Origin: Bacteroidales bacterium
Lineage (GTDB): Bacteria; Bacteroidota; Bacteroidia; Bacteroidales; UBA932
NCBI GenBank assembly: GCA_040766795.1
Contig: JAXGPW010000007.1
Coordinates: 18,769-82,768, forward strand
DNA length: 64,000 nucleotides
Direction: 5' to 3'
Below, one piece after another: positions 21,683-37,657 of the stretch; positions within the stretch are counted from its first letter, which is position 1, and every line of letters begins with the position of its first letter. The translations under genes were made by a program, and so were the position numbers. The notes beneath the pieces are model-generated. The model was not told the DNA's origin, ran no database searches, and saw only the letters and a program-made list of their open reading frames with translations.

Positions 21683-23815
21683 ACTCTATCTCGACCATAT
21701 TGCAGAGGTAATGAATGTCAAGGTATGGCAGATCGAGAACTGCATCTCGCTCTTTGAGGAGGGTGCAACAATTCCGTTTATAAGCCGATACCGTAAAGAA
21801 CGCACGGGCGCTCTGGATGAGACTCAGGTTTCCGAGGTACGATACTGGTATCTCCGTTTCGAGGAGCTCGAAAAACGCAAACAAGCAATCCTCAATAGTA
21901 TCGAAGAACAGGGAAAACTGACTGACTCGCTCCGTATGGAGATAGAGTCTCTCACCGACCCTCAAATTTTGGAGGATATCTATCTACCATATCGTCCGAA
22001 AAGGCGCACCAGGGCCTCAATTGCTAAGGAAAAAGGGCTTGAACCCCTTGCAGAGGCTATATTTAATATTAAATGTGACGATCCGCAGAATCTCTCTAAA
22101 AAGTATATTAGCGAGCAGGTTACTACTCAGGATGAGGCTATCGCAGGGGCAAATGATATCATAGCCGAGTGGATAAGTGAATCTCAACTGGTACGCTCAG
22201 ACCTTCGTGATCTCTACTCTAAATGGGGCAGGGTGGTCACTAAAGTCTCCAAAGGGAAGGAGGGGAGTGAGGAGGCCTCCAAATATCGCAATTACTTCGA
22301 TTCTTCGGAGCGTCTAGACAGGATCCCCTCACACCGCTTGCTCGCAATTCTGAGAGCTTCTTCCGAGGAGATAGTGGGAGTCAGGGTGGAGGTGCAGAGT
22401 GATTATGCCATTGAAAGAATCTCCAGACGTATTTATCAGGGTAAACGTAAACCTTCAGTCGCAGTTCGCCAATTACTGGATGCCGCTGTTGAGGATTCCT
22501 ACAAGCGTTTACTTCATCCTTCGATTGAAAATGAATCCCTCTCTGCAGCTAAGGAGAAGGCTGATATCGACTCCATCCGTATTTTCGGAGAGAACCTCCG
22601 CCAGCTGCTGCTGGCTCAGCCTGTAGGTGAGAAGCGCACCCTTGCTATTGATCCGGGCTTTAGAACCGGCTGTAAGGTGGTTTGCCTTGATGCACAAGGG
22701 GCATTGTTGCATAATGATACCATATTTCTCCTCCCCAAAATGAAAAGATAGCTTCGATGAAGAAGATTTCCCATCTGGTAGAGGCCTACAAGATAGAGGT
22801 TATTGCCATTGGAAATGGTACTGCCGGTCGTGAGACAGAGGCTTTTATCAAGAAAATTCCTCTTCCCCAGGGAGTGAGAGTCTATTCTGTAAGTGAAGAT
22901 GGAGCCTCTGTTTATTCGGCATCCCAGATCGCGAGAGAGGAGTTTCCGGATTATGATGGTACGGTGAGAGGAGCTGTTTCCATAGGCCGTCGCCTCATGG
23001 ACCCTCTGGCCGAATTGGTAAAAATTGACCCCAAGTCCATCGGGGTGGGTCAGTACCAGCATGATGTCAACCAGACTTTACTGAAGGAGCGCTTGGATAC
23101 GGTGGTGGAGAGCTGTGTCAATAATGTAGGAGTAAACCTTAATACAGCGAGCAATCACCTGCTGCGTTATGTTTCAGGCATAGGCCCGGTTTTAGCGGCC
23201 AATATTATAGAGTATCGCGATGAAAATGGCGCATTCGGCAGTCGCCAAGAGCTGCTCAAGGTACGAAGGCTCGGCGAAAAGGCATTTGAGCAATGTGCCG
23301 GTTTTATGAGAATACCCAATGGTAATAATCCGCTCGATAATTCGGCTGTTCATCCCGAACGGTATGCTCTCGTGGAGCAGATGGCTTCAGATTTGGGCGT
23401 ATCGCTCACCGATCTTATTTCCAATGAGCAGTTATCCTCTTCTATTGATATTTCAAAATATCTCTCCGATGATGTGGGTGAGCATACGCTTAATGATATT
23501 AAAAAGGAATTGGCCAAGCCCGGCCGTGACCCCCGTTCGATTATCAAGGTGTTTGAGTTCTCCCCTGAAATTCGCTCCATAGAGGATGTAAAGGTAGGTA
23601 TGATCCTGCCCTGTATCGTAACAAATATCACAAATTTCGGTGCTTTCGTGGATATAGGTATCAAGCAAAACGGTCTTATACATGTATCACAGATAAGCGA
23701 AAAGCGTGTGGAAGATCCCTCGCAAGTACTGAAACTGCATCAGCAGCTTCACGCAAAAGTGGTGGATGTGGATTTAGAACGTCAGAGAATTGGCCTTTCT
23801 TTGAGAGGAATGTGA
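21675..23815 (+). pseudogene. tex: Tex-like transcription accessory protein (YqgF, HhH and S1 domains); frameshift near 22740
   Basis: MTKLYLDHIAEVMNVKVWQIENCISLFEEGATIPFISRYRKERTG from ATG 21675 (overlaps the ClC stop). The C-terminal half (ORF 22757-23815) ends in an S1 domain. Confidence 0.85.
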
Positions 23816-23858
23816 TTTTTTACTATCTTTACAAGATAAACTTAATATTTTAGAGATT

Positions 23859-24587
23859 ATGACACGACAGATTATCATTATTCCTACCTATAATGAAAAG
23901 GAGAATATAGAAAAGATTATCCGTGCTATCAGGGAGCAGGAAGTGGATTTCCATATACTGGTCATCGATGATGGTTCGCCCGACGGTACTGCGGCTATTG
24001 TTAAATCTCTACAAAGTGAGTTTCCCGATTCCCTTTTTATTATCGAGAGGGCAGGCAAACAGGGACTCGGTACAGCTTATATCACCGGCTTCAAATGGGC
24101 TATTGAACATAAATATGATTATGTTTTCGAAATGGATGCAGATTTTTCACATCCACCCAAAGACCTGCCACGTCTTTATAAGGCCTGTCACGAGGATGGA
24201 GCCGATCTGGCTATAGGTTCACGTTACTGTAATGGCATCAGCGTAGTAAACTGGCCTATCGGTAGGGTGATTATGTCTTATTATGCATCCACTTATGTTC
24301 GCACAGTGCTTGGAATGAAGGTCTATGACACCACGGCAGGCTTTAAGTGTTACCGCCGCAAGGTACTTGAGACGATAGATTTTTCAAATATAAGGGAGAG
24401 GTTACGGATTCCAGATTGAAATGAAATACAATACCTACAAACTCGGATTTAAGATCGTTGAAGTTCCAATTATTTTCGTAGACCGTACTGAGGGTACCTC
24501 GAAAATGAGTAGCGGTATTTTTGGCGAAGCCTTCTGGGGGTACTCAAACTGAGATTCCGCAAGATCAAGCCGGCACCAAAGGCATAA
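23859..24587 (+). pseudogene. GT2 polyprenol-phosphate mannosyltransferase (dolichyl-phosphate mannose synthase-like); 2 frameshifts near 24400 and 24540
   Basis: IIIPTYNEKENI..VIDDGSPDGT..EMDADFSH in ORF 23859-24419. The tail GFQIEMKYNTYKLGFKIVEVPIIFVDRTEGTSKMSSGIFGEAFWG..LKLRFRKI is in other frames. Confidence 0.8.
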
Positions 24588-24603
24588 GATAGACTCTATA
24601 TCA

Positions 24604-25934
24604 ATGAGTATTTTTATTGAAAATGGCACAATCATCAACGAGGGGCTCTCTTTTAAGGGTAGCCTCTTTGTTGAAAATGGCATCATCAGTGCGATAACGG
24701 ATGATCCGACAGCATTTTCGCACTTGCGGGGAAAAGCCGATGATGTGATTGATGCTACGGGAATGCTTATCCTTCCGGAAGTTATAGATGACCAGGGTGC
24801 ATTTTCGCGAACCGGGAGCGGAACATAAGGGGAGTATCGCTACTGAAAGTAAGCTGCTGCTGTACTCGGAGGCGTTACATCCTATATGGATATGCCCAAC
24901 AATAATCCGCCCACTTGCTCAGGAACTACTTGCGAGCAAGTTCGCGAAGGCAGCGCAGGACTCGCTTGCCAATTATTCATTTTATATAGGTGCTTCGAAC
25001 GACAATCTTGCCGAGCTTCGCGCACCGATCCGCATAATGTATGCGGTATAAAGTTTTTATGGGTTCTTCCACAGGAAATATGTTGGTGGACAATCCCGCT
25101 TCCTTGGACTCCATATTCTCGAGAGCCCATCTCTTGATTGCAACTCATTGCGAAGAGGAGGCCATCATAGTAGCAAATACTGCTGCGGCCCGTGAGCGCT
25201 TTGGTGATGCCATACCGATTGCGATGCATCCGGAAATTCGCAGCAGAGAGGCTTGCATTGCCTCTACCCGCAAGGCTATAGATTTGGCACTTAAGTACTC
25301 TTCGCGTCTGCACATACTTCATATAAGCACGGCCGAAGAGGTGGAGTTACTTCGTGAGGCAAGAGAACGGAGCGGTCGAATTACCGGTGAAGTATGTGTA
25401 CACCACCTATGGTTCTCTGATAAAGACTATGAGCAATATGGCACTCTGATCAAGTGTAATCCCGCCATAAAGAGCGCTTCCGACCGCGAGGCGCTTCGTC
25501 AAGCAGTGCGTGAAGGGGTGATCTCCGTAGTGGCAACTGACCATGCGCCACACCTATTGTCGGAAAAAGAGGCTAAATATCTTCAGTCGCCTTCCGGTAT
25601 CCCTCTGGTACAGCATTCGCTTCGTGCAATGCTCGAACTTGCGCATCAGGGTCATTTTTCACTCACCGATGTTGTGCGACTGATGTGCCATTCTCCGGCA
25701 GATTGTTTCACTATCTCCCGCAGAGGATATCTCCGCGAGGGATATTTTGCAGATATAACCATCGTAGATCCCAATAAACCTTCAGATGCTACTAACGTTT
25801 ACAGATGCGGCTGGACACCTTTTACTCGCTTCAGTTCGACGGTCATGCATACTCTGGTAAATGGCATTCCGGTGGTTCGCGATTCACAGCTTACAGGTCT
25901 GAAATCTTCATTACCACTCTCTTTCGATGACTAA
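24604..25934 (+). pseudogene. pyrC: dihydroorotase-like cyclic amidohydrolase; at least 2 frameshifts (about 24790 and 25040)
   Basis: Three successive ORFs (24604-24828, 24788-25051, 25041-25934) give ..VIDDQVHFREPG..SYMDMPNNNPPT..IKVFMGSSTGNMLV..VATDHAPH... Confidence 0.7.
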
Positions 25935-26772
25935 GCCTCAAAGTAAACTTCCTCTCTATATATCCATTATCATTGCCACCATACTGTGGGGTTTCTCCTT
26001 TATCTGGACCAACGACCTGATAGCAATGGGGGTGCCGATCTTTATATTCATTTTTATAAGGATGCTGCTCTCAGGGAGCATAATGCTTGCCTTTTCCACG
26101 CTTACCCGTACTTTGCAGAAGGTGGCGCGAAAGGATATCAAGTGGATGTTTCTGTTGGCCTTTTTCGAGCCCTTCATCTATTTTATAGGGGAGTCCTATG
26201 GTTTGAAAATCACCGGTTCTGCTACTCTTTCGGCTGTGATAATTGCAACAATTCCCATTTTTACAATGATTATGGGCAGATTGTTGTTCAATGAAGCTCT
26301 TTCTCGTCTCAACATAGCCGGTATAATAACTGCTGTTTTGGGAATAGTGCTATTTGTATGGAACGGCACCATTTCTTCGGAGAATTATTACGGCATACTC
26401 TTCCTTTTGCTTGCAGTTGCAGGTGCGGTAGGTTACTCATCTATATGTAAAAGACTTACAAGTACCTACAATGCCATTACCATCACTACATGGCAATTTC
26501 TTTTCGGGGCAGCTTTGTTTTTTATCCCCTTTATGATTTGGGGTTTACCCCAATGGCGACCGGAATATCTCTCGCTTGATGTGCTCAAGCCCTTGATTAC
26601 ACTTGCAGTACTCTGTTCCTCTTTCTCTTTTGTACTCTATACAAAGGCAATAGAAGGTCTGGGAATGACAAAAGCGGCTATTTTTACAACTATGATTCCC
26701 GCGGTTTCAGCGGTAGCTGCCTATTTCTGGGGCAGGAAAGTTTTACAACTTTGCAGATTATTGCACTTGTAA
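25927..26772 (+). CDS. EamA/DMT-family transporter; the 3' end is probably displaced by a frameshift near 26727
   Basis: 10-TM ORF. After ..AVAAYF the expected tail LGQESFTTLQIIALVIALSGVVLSQLRK is in the next frame, which fits TTCCTGGGG read as TTCTGGGG. The true stop is somewhere before 26894. Confidence 0.75.
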   Translation: MTKPQSKLPLYISIIIATILWGFSFIWTNDLIAMGVPIFIFIFIRMLLSGSIMLAFSTLTRTLQKVARKDIKWMFLLAFFEPFIYFIGESYGLKITGSATLSAVIIATIPIFTMIMGRLLFNEALSRLNIAGIITAVLGIVLFVWNGTISSENYYGILFLLLAVAGAVGYSSICKRLTSTYNAITITTWQFLFGAALFFIPFMIWGLPQWRPEYLSLDVLKPLITLAVLCSSFSFVLYTKAIEGLGMTKAAIFTTMIPAVSAVAAYFWGRKVLQLCRLLHL

Positions 26773-26903
26773 TTGCTCTTTCCGGAGTAGTTCTTTCGCA
26801 GTTGCGAAAAAGTTTAAAAAATTATCTGATTGGTTCTCAGAATTATACTCTTTTTTGGGGGAAAACTTCCAAATTTATTTTGCTAATTTTTTAAAAATGT
26901 TCT

Positions 26904-26913
26904 TATCTTTTTG
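26904..26913 (+). promoter_or_regulatory. candidate rRNA promoter -7 element (TATCTTTTTG) with leader
   Basis: Matches Bacteroidota TAnnTTTG-type elements and lies ~170 nt upstream of the 16S 5' end. The leader resembles the one before the 23S gene. Confidence 0.45.
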
Positions 26914-27079
26914 CAACCCGTTTCTTAAAAGAGACGTCCGTTCCTTGATAAAATTGGAAGACAAAAATACAAGTACCGAATTTTGTAACAAAATTCGAGC
27001 GAAACGTTAATTTTTTTTTGAATAATCACTTCAATAATGAGTATCAGGTTCAGACTGTAGATATAAACTTTTTTTATAC

Positions 27080-28376
<1,297 letters not shown>

Positions 28377-28378
<2 letters not shown>

Positions 28379-28697
28379 TTACTCCGGAACAGGATCCGAT
28401 AGATTGGATGATCACATTCTGCCCCAGGGCCTGATTTTTCTTAAGTACGCTTGACAGGCCTACGGCCAAAATGGCAATCGGAATAGCTGCCTCAAAGACC
28501 TGTCCCACCTTAAGGCCAAGGTATGCGGCTGCGGCTGAAAAGATGATGGTCATTACCAATCCTATAGTCACGGACCAAACCGTAATTTCGGGATAATTCT
28601 TGTCCGGTGATAGCAATGGCTTATATTCTTCCCCTTTTTTAAGTTTGCGATATGCATTCTCAGGTAGCCCTTGTGGCTTGTTTTCCTTGTTTTCCAT
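28377..28697 (-). pseudogene. 5' fragment (about 107 codons) of an OPT-family oligopeptide transporter gene, abutting the truncated 16S
   Basis: MENKENKPQGLPENAYRKLKKGEEYKPLLSPDKNYPEITVWSVTIGLVMTIIFSAAAAYLGLKVGQVFEAAIPIAILAVGLSSVLKKNQALGQNVIIQSIGSCSGVI is a typical OPT N-terminus. The rest of ORF 28269-28697 is read-through into rDNA. Confidence 0.75.
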
Positions 28698-28740
28698 AAG
28701 TAGTATAGAGTTATTTTTAGTTATTTTTACAAAAACTCAA

Positions 28741-28748
28741 CAAAACTA
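28741..28748 (-). promoter_or_regulatory. candidate -7 element (TAGTTTTG on the minus strand) for the OPT fragment
   Basis: CAAAACTA on the + strand, ~45 nt upstream of the OPT ATG (28697). Confidence 0.35.
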
Positions 28749-28779
28749 CGAAATAATTTGGAGATTGGAAAAAAGTGTT

Positions 28780-28787
28780 TACCTTTG
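28780..28787 (+). promoter_or_regulatory. candidate second rrn-type promoter (-7 element TACCTTTG) with leader, directly upstream of the 23S gene
   Basis: 28770-28830 (AAAAAGTGTTTACCTTTGCTGCCCGTTTCGGCGAGAAACGCATGTTCATTGACATTTTGAG) aligns with the 16S upstream region 26893-26957. Confidence 0.45.
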
Positions 28788-28994
28788 CTGCCCGTTTCGG
28801 CGAGAAACGCATGTTCATTGACATTTTGAGATAGATAACGAGGTAAAAAAACTGTAAAAAAATAAGATAGTCTGTAATTTAAGTTAAGGAGTTTTTCTTT
28901 CTAAATAATTACGGGACTACAATTTCAATAGGCAGTGCTTAGACACTGCAAGTGATAGACAACGAGAAATGTTCTCTTGTTCTATTGCGATGAT

Positions 28995-31894
<2,900 letters not shown>

Positions 31895-32047
31895 CAGGAA
31901 TTTATGATCATCAATGGTATGTTTACATACTATGGTCACAAATTTCAGCAAGATAGACAGTTGTTATTTCGTTATCTTTCTCAAAAGATATATTGGCTCG
32001 GGCATTCGTTCCACGGAACGAACCCCAATATAAGAGCCAACCAGTTA

Positions 32048-32160
32048 TCAAGGTGGTTACAGCGGTGAGGTTCCACCTCTTCCCATCCCGAACAGAGAAG
32101 TTAAGCTCACCAACGCCGATGGTACTGCTATACCAAGTGGGAGAGTAGGTAGCCGCCAAC
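32048..32160 (+). rRNA. rrf: 5S rRNA
   Basis: Helix I GGTGGTTAC / GTAGCCGCC, plus the conserved CCCATCCCGAACAGAGAAGTTAAGC and GGGAGAGTAGG. Confidence 0.9.
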
Positions 32161-32168
32161 TTTAAGAA

Positions 32169-32200
32169 AGCCCCGACAGCAACAGCTGCCGGGGCTTTTG
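32169..32200 (+). terminator. rho-independent terminator after the 5S gene
   Basis: AGCCCCGACAGC-AACA-GCTGCCGGGGCT hairpin followed by TTTTG. Confidence 0.8.
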
Positions 32201-32258
32201 TATTTCATTAACTTTCATCAGAAAGCGCCTCTTACTTCAAAAATAGAAATCTCTCGAA

Positions 32259-32693
32259 CTAATTCCAGTCGATATTAAGCAGCTTCATCTTGACAGAGAG
32301 GGATTTATCGGGAATATACTTTTTTTCTATATTAGTGTGGTTTCCCCATTTCATTTCGAATGAATCTTTATTGCCCTCTGTAAAATAAAGAGAATATATC
32401 GCATTGTTGTTCTCCTTCGCATTAATAATAAGTTGGTTATCACCGTTGGGTCTTACTACAAGGTCTTCTACATCAACAGTAGTTAAGAAAGATAAGCCCG
32501 TAACAACAGTACAGCTTTTAGAGTTCTCGGTAAAATGGAGACTTTTTGCAAGAACGTCCATCTCAGTTTTTATTTCATATCTTATTCCACCAAGCCATTT
32601 GCCATTAAGATCAAAGTCAATTTTTATTTCTTCCAAAGGTGCGCATGATGCTACCATAAGTGACAATAAAATGAGGGATAATAACTTTTTCAT
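32259..32693 (-). CDS. small lipoprotein of unknown function (paralogue of 58970-59425)
   Basis: Signal peptide plus lipobox MKKLLSLILLSLMVASC. Shares the FTE..C.V.TGL..L...D.E.L.V core with the second lipoprotein. Confidence 0.6.
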   Translation of the reverse strand: MKKLLSLILLSLMVASCAPLEEIKIDFDLNGKWLGGIRYEIKTEMDVLAKSLHFTENSKSCTVVTGLSFLTTVDVEDLVVRPNGDNQLIINAKENNNAIYSLYFTEGNKDSFEMKWGNHTNIEKKYIPDKSLSVKMKLLNIDWN

Positions 32694-32799
32694 AGCTCTT
32701 ATATTATAAAATGTTTATCGTGTAGGGAGTAGGTGCAATTATTATAGTCAACTTTGCTTGTGTGACAGAGATTATCTCATCTGTCTAATTAGTGAGAGT

Positions 32800-34542
32800 T
32801 TAGAACAGCTCTTTTTCTTTTTATATCTTTTGCGAAGCTGGATGTTGGCGATGCCACGATAGTAATTCTCTGCAATGGAATAACAGATATCGACGGATTA
32901 CTGGATATGCTCAAAGTTTTCAGAAAGGTTGAATGCGATAGCAGAGATGTATCTGTAGGGTTCATCCTCCTGAATGAGTTCCAATTTGAGGTGTTTCATA
33001 CCCGCCTCGGCAGATCCCACTCTGCGGCCATTACCGTTGTCGTAGACATTCTCTGTAATAAAAACAGGAGATAGGTTGCCCGGTCCGAAAGGTTGAAATT
33101 GCTTGAGCAGTCTGAAAAATTTGGGTGTAATCTGCTTAAAATCCAGATATGAGGTCGATATTTATAATCGGTGTTAGGATTACATCGTCGATTTTCGAGG
33201 CTACATAGGTTTCAAAACGCTCGGTAAATTTCTGAAGATTTTCTTCCTCCTTGAGGGTTAACCCAGCAGCATACATGTGTCCTCCAAAGTTCTCCAGCAG
33301 GTCGGAACAGGACTCAATGGCCTCATAGAGATCTAAAACCCTGAATGGAGCGGGCAGAGCCTGTGATTAATCCATTTGACTGGGTAAGTACTTGGTAGGT
33401 CTATAGTAGGCCTCCACCAGACGGGATGCCACAATACCTACCACCCCCTTGTGCCAGGATGGGTTGTACACCACAGTTGACTTCTTATTCTCAAAAACCG
33501 GGGATGCTTTTCACCATCTTTAGCGCCTCTTCGGTAATCTCCCGGTCGACTTTCTTGCGGTCGTTATTATGTGCATTAATGGCTGCCCCAATCTCCTTTG
33601 ATTCATCTTCATCTCTGGAAGTAAGCATATCGACCGCAGTTTTACCCGACTCCATCCTGCCCGCAGCATTGATTCTGGGCCTATTTTAAAGACTATTTCG
33701 TCTATGGTAATGCGGTGTTTTTCCAGTCCGGAGAGTTTAATTATCGTCTGTAGCCCCTCACGAGGGTTTTTCATTGCTGAGTTGCTTGAGTCCATAGTAT
33801 GCCAACACACGGTTTTCTCCCGTGACGGAGACCGAGGTCTGATGCGATACTGACCACCAGAAGATCCAGCAACGAAACTATATTGTCAAAGGGGATATCA
33901 TATTGTTGGGCGTAGCCCTGAACAAGTTTAAAGCCCACTCCACAGCCGGAAAGGTCATCGAAGGGGTAGTTGCAGTCCTGTCTTTTTGGGTCAAGTACGG
34001 CGACGGCATCGGGGAGTTTCTCATCCGGTAAGTGATGGTCGCAGATAATCATATCTATCCCCAGACTTAGCATAGTTAACCTTTTCAATAGCTTTAATGC
34101 CGCAGTCCAGTGCAATGATCAGGGTACAGTTGTGATCTCTATAGTATCGATGCCCTTGTAAGAAATGCACCATCCCTCGTCATACCTGTCAGGAATATAG
34201 TATTCTACCCGGTTTGTGAGGTTTTTCATAAATGAATAGACCAAAGCAACCGCAGTCGTACCGTCTACATCATAGTCACCGTATATCAAGATAGTTTCTC
34301 TCTTGACTACTGCCTTGCGGAGACGCTCTACAGCTTTATCCATATCCTTCATTAAGAAGGGATCGTGGAGCATTGAAAGGTCCGGGGCGGAAAAACTCCC
34401 TGTGGCTTTCGCAAAAGGTATCGATACCTCTTTGGACCAGAAGGTTGGTTAATACAGAATCAATACCCAGCTCCTGTGTCAGTTGGCGTACAAGAGCCGG
34501 ATTACCCGGCTCCATCACTATCCATTTTTTTTCAATGCTCAT
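32800..34542 (-). pseudogene. recJ: single-stranded-DNA-specific exonuclease RecJ; many frameshifts, especially 32800-33770
   Basis: MSIEKKWIV..LTNLLVQRGI.., MLHDPFLMKDMDKAVERL..ILIYGDYDVDGTTAVALVYSF..YYIPDRYDEG and IICDHH..LSGCGVGFKL are in successive frames. The C-terminal half is only recognisable in short pieces. Confidence 0.8.
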
Positions 34543-34652
34543 ATTGACTTCTGCAATTCTACAAAGATAAACAATTTTTGTACCTTTATCCATAAATATT
34601 CTTATTTTTGCCAGATATAATAAAAGGAATACTTAACTGTCAGATTTACAAT

Positions 34653-36182
34653 ATGGAAATAACAGATCTCAATGAACAGGAATTGAATCGTCGCGCTGCT
34701 CTGCAACAATTGAAGGATTTAGGTATTGACCCGTACCCTGCTGAGGAATTCCACATAAATGCCACTTCGAGAGAGATAAAAGAGGGATATGATGCAGAAA
34801 AAGCCAATTTCAATGATATCTCCATTGCCGGTAGGATAATGAGTCGCCGCATTATGGGTGCTGCTTCATTTGTAGAGCTTCAGGATGAGTGTGGCAAGAT
34901 TCAGGTCTATATCAAACGAGACGAAATCTGTGAGGGTGAGGATAAGACTCTTTACAATACGGTTTTCAGGAAACTTTTGGATATAGGTGATATTATTGGT
35001 ATCAAAGGTTATGCATTCATTACCCAGACGGGTCAACTATCTATTCATGCAAAGTCACTGACATTGCTTAGCAAGTCTCTTCGTGTACTTCCTATCGTAA
35101 AAGAGAAAGAGGGAGAGTTATATGATGCTTTCTCCGATCCTGAACTTCGTTACAGGATGAGATATGTTGACCTGATCGTCAATCCTCAGGTGAGGGAAAC
35201 CTTTGTCAAGAGGACCAAAATTGTCTCTACAATGAGGGACTTTTTCAACGAGCATGGATATCTTGAGGTTGAGACACCCATCCTTCAACCAATTCCCGGT
35301 GGAGCAGCTGCCAGACCCTTCATCACTCACCACAACGCTCTTGATATTCCACTTTATCTCAGAATTGCCAACGAACTATACCTAAAGCGTTTGATTGTGG
35401 GGGGTTTTACAGGCGTCTATGAGTTTGCAAAAAATTTCCGCAATGAAGGTATGGACAGAACCCACAATCCCGAGTTTACCTGTATGGAGATTTATGTGGC
35501 ATACAAGGATTATATATGGATGATGGAGTTTGTTGAGCAACTTGTCGAGAGGATAGCCATTGCACTCAACGGTAAGACCAAATTCGATGTTTGGGGCCAT
35601 GAAATAGAGTTCAAGAAGCCCTACAGGCGTCTTCCTATGATTGATGCCATAAAGGAGTATGCCGGTGTAGATATTACCGGCATGAATGAGGCGCAGTTGC
35701 GAAAGGCATGTGACGATCTTAATATTCCCGTTTCTCCCTCTATGGGAGTAGGCAAATTGATTGATGCCATCTTCAGCGAATATTGCGAAAAGCATTTGAT
35801 CCAGCCTACCTTCATCACAGATTACCCCGTAGAGATGTCTCCTCTTACCAAACGTCACAGAAACAATCCGGCAATAACTGAGCGATTCGAACTCTTTGTC
35901 AACGGCAAAGAGGTAGCAAATGCCTATAGCGAACTGAATGACCCGATTGACCAGCTCGATAGGTTTCACGATCAAGTCAAACTACAGGAGAAGGGTGATG
36001 ATGAAGCTATGTTCATAGATCTGGACTTTGTTCGTGCTTTAGAGTATGGTATGCCACCTACCTCGGGTCTGGGTATGGGCATTGACCGTCTTATTATGCT
36101 TATGACCAACTCCACTTCCATACAGGATGTTATTTTCTTCCCTCAAATGAGGCCGGAGGGCGGTCACAAGAAAATCGACTGA
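34653..36182 (+). CDS. lysS: lysine--tRNA ligase (class II)
   Basis: Start [29 protein letters not shown]. Class II motifs present (..[15 protein letters not shown].., ..[12 protein letters not shown]..). Confidence 0.9.
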   Translation: MEITDLNEQELNRRAALQQLKDLGIDPYPAEEFHINATSREIKEGYDAEKANFNDISIAGRIMSRRIMGAASFVELQDECGKIQVYIKRDEICEGEDKTLYNTVFRKLLDIGDIIGIKGYAFITQTGQLSIHAKSLTLLSKSLRVLPIVKEKEGELYDAFSDPELRYRMRYVDLIVNPQVRETFVKRTKIVSTMRDFFNEHGYLEVETPILQPIPGGAAARPFITHHNALDIPLYLRIANELYLKRLIVGGFTGVYEFAKNFRNEGMDRTHNPEFTCMEIYVAYKDYIWMMEFVEQLVERIAIALNGKTKFDVWGHEIEFKKPYRRLPMIDAIKEYAGVDITGMNEAQLRKACDDLNIPVSPSMGVGKLIDAIFSEYCEKHLIQPTFITDYPVEMSPLTKRHRNNPAITERFELFVNGKEVANAYSELNDPIDQLDRFHDQVKLQEKGDDEAMFIDLDFVRALEYGMPPTSGLGMGIDRLIMLMTNSTSIQDVIFFPQMRPEGGHKKID

Positions 36183-36982
36183 TGATGACGGCAGAGAAGA
36201 TAACCTCCGCCCGTAATCCTCGCATAAAAGAGCTCATTCTGCTCCGGAGCAAGTCCAGGGAGCGTCGGAAAAGGGCTCTTTTCGTAGTAGAAGGGGAGCG
36301 CGAAGTAATAAGGGCCATCGAATCGGGCTATATGCCTCTCTCTATTTTTTACTCTCCTGCGTATATTGACAGTCCAAAAATACCGCAAGTTGCCGGTAAC
36401 GTAGAGTTGTTCGAAGTTCCTGCGAATATTTATGACAAGATTGCTTATCGTGGTGGAACCGAGGGAATAATTGCCGTGATGCAGGTGAAACAGCTGAAAT
36501 TGGATGCAATTTCTTTGAGTGACAACCCATTGATAATAGTTCTGGAATCCCTTGAAAAACCCGGAAACCTTGGAGCCATACTTAGGACTGCCGATGCGTG
36601 CGGCGCCGATTGTGTATTGGTATGTGATCCTTTGGCAGATATTTTCAATCCTAATGTAATAAGAGCGAGTACCGGTGCCTTCTTTAGCGTCAACTCTGTA
36701 TGCTGCACTTCGGAAGAGGCCCTCAGGTGGCTCAAAATGTCTAATATCTCCATTTTAACAACCCAGCTACAAGACTCCTCACCCTACCATGATAGTGATA
36801 TGAGAGGAGCTGTCGCAATAGTTTTCGGTAGGGAAGACAGGGGTCTTTCAGATTTTTGGAAAGAGCATTCAGATGAGAAAATTCGCATTCCAATGGCCGG
36901 AATCTGTGATTCGCTCAATGTCTCGGTCTCTGCAGCCGTTATCTGTTTTGAAGCCCTGAGACAACGAAAGAAGATCACCTAA
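36182..36982 (+). CDS. TrmH/SpoU-family RNA 2'-O-methyltransferase
   Basis: SpoU motifs LESLEKPGNLGAILRTADACGAD, ..IVFGREDRGLS.. and ..IPMAGICDSLNVSVSAAV... The start overlaps the lysS stop. Confidence 0.8.
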   Translation: MMTAEKITSARNPRIKELILLRSKSRERRKRALFVVEGEREVIRAIESGYMPLSIFYSPAYIDSPKIPQVAGNVELFEVPANIYDKIAYRGGTEGIIAVMQVKQLKLDAISLSDNPLIIVLESLEKPGNLGAILRTADACGADCVLVCDPLADIFNPNVIRASTGAFFSVNSVCCTSEEALRWLKMSNISILTTQLQDSSPYHDSDMRGAVAIVFGREDRGLSDFWKEHSDEKIRIPMAGICDSLNVSVSAAVICFEALRQRKKIT

Positions 36983-37125
36983 CTAATTAAAACTAACAAG
37001 CATGTTAAAAACTTCAATTCTTACCGCCACTCTCTCGGTGGCGTGGCAATGGGGTCTATGCCTTACGATTATTTTTATTAAGTAACAATCGTTCGGCACT
37101 AGTTTCCGCATAAAACGCAGGGAGA

Positions 37126-37657
37126 TGCGAATAAAGGAGAAGATCTCAGAGCAACTCAGAAAAAAGGAGGCAGACGAAGAATATCTGGCCCAAGCCCTAA
37201 ATAATGTTATTCAGATGGTCATTGGTATTATGGATTGCATCTCTCTGGAGGTCCGGAAAATGCTAATTTACTCCATTCGAAGATTCGATCTTATTTTTTG
37301 ACTACCCTTAGAGATAGAATAATATTTTTTACGAAATGGACTATTTGGCTGACAAATGTCAATATGGTCTTATCTCACGATTAAAAGAGGAATATCCCTC
37401 ACTTACAAAGGACGACGTGACGTTATGCAGCCTGATTTCTATGGGCTTTCCCCACACATGCCATAGCCACAATCTTCCGACTTACCAATGAGATGAGTAT
37501 CTACAACAAGCGAGAACGCCTTAGAACACGTCTGGAAATGGCAGAAGGGGCTAATCTGAAGGATTTCCTGGAGGAGAAGGCGGAGATGCTCCGAAATCAA
37601 AAAGCTTTTTTATATGCAAATATTTTTTCAAATCTCTGCAAAAAAGACTATATTTAG
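37126..37657 (+). pseudogene. degraded ORF (~175 codons) with a LuxR/sigma-region-4-like helix-turn-helix C-terminus; at least 3 frame breaks
   Basis: MRIKEKISEQLRKKEADEEYLAQ.., ..YEMDYLADKCQYGLISRLKEEYPSLTKDDVTLCSLISMGFP.. and ..LRLTNEMSIYNKRERLRTRLEMAEGANLKDFLEEKAEMLRNQKAFLYANIF lie in different frames. No ORF of 60 aa or more in 690 nt. Confidence 0.35.

Noticed and set aside
37003-37086. Short ORF MLKTSILTATLSVAWQWGLCLTIIFIK and the hairpin CGCCAC-TCTCTCG-GTGGCG after the TrmH-like gene, as a small membrane peptide or a terminator
   Set aside because: The 27 codons have no conservation evidence available. The hairpin is short (6 bp) and lacks a following U-tract. Neither can be supported from sequence alone.
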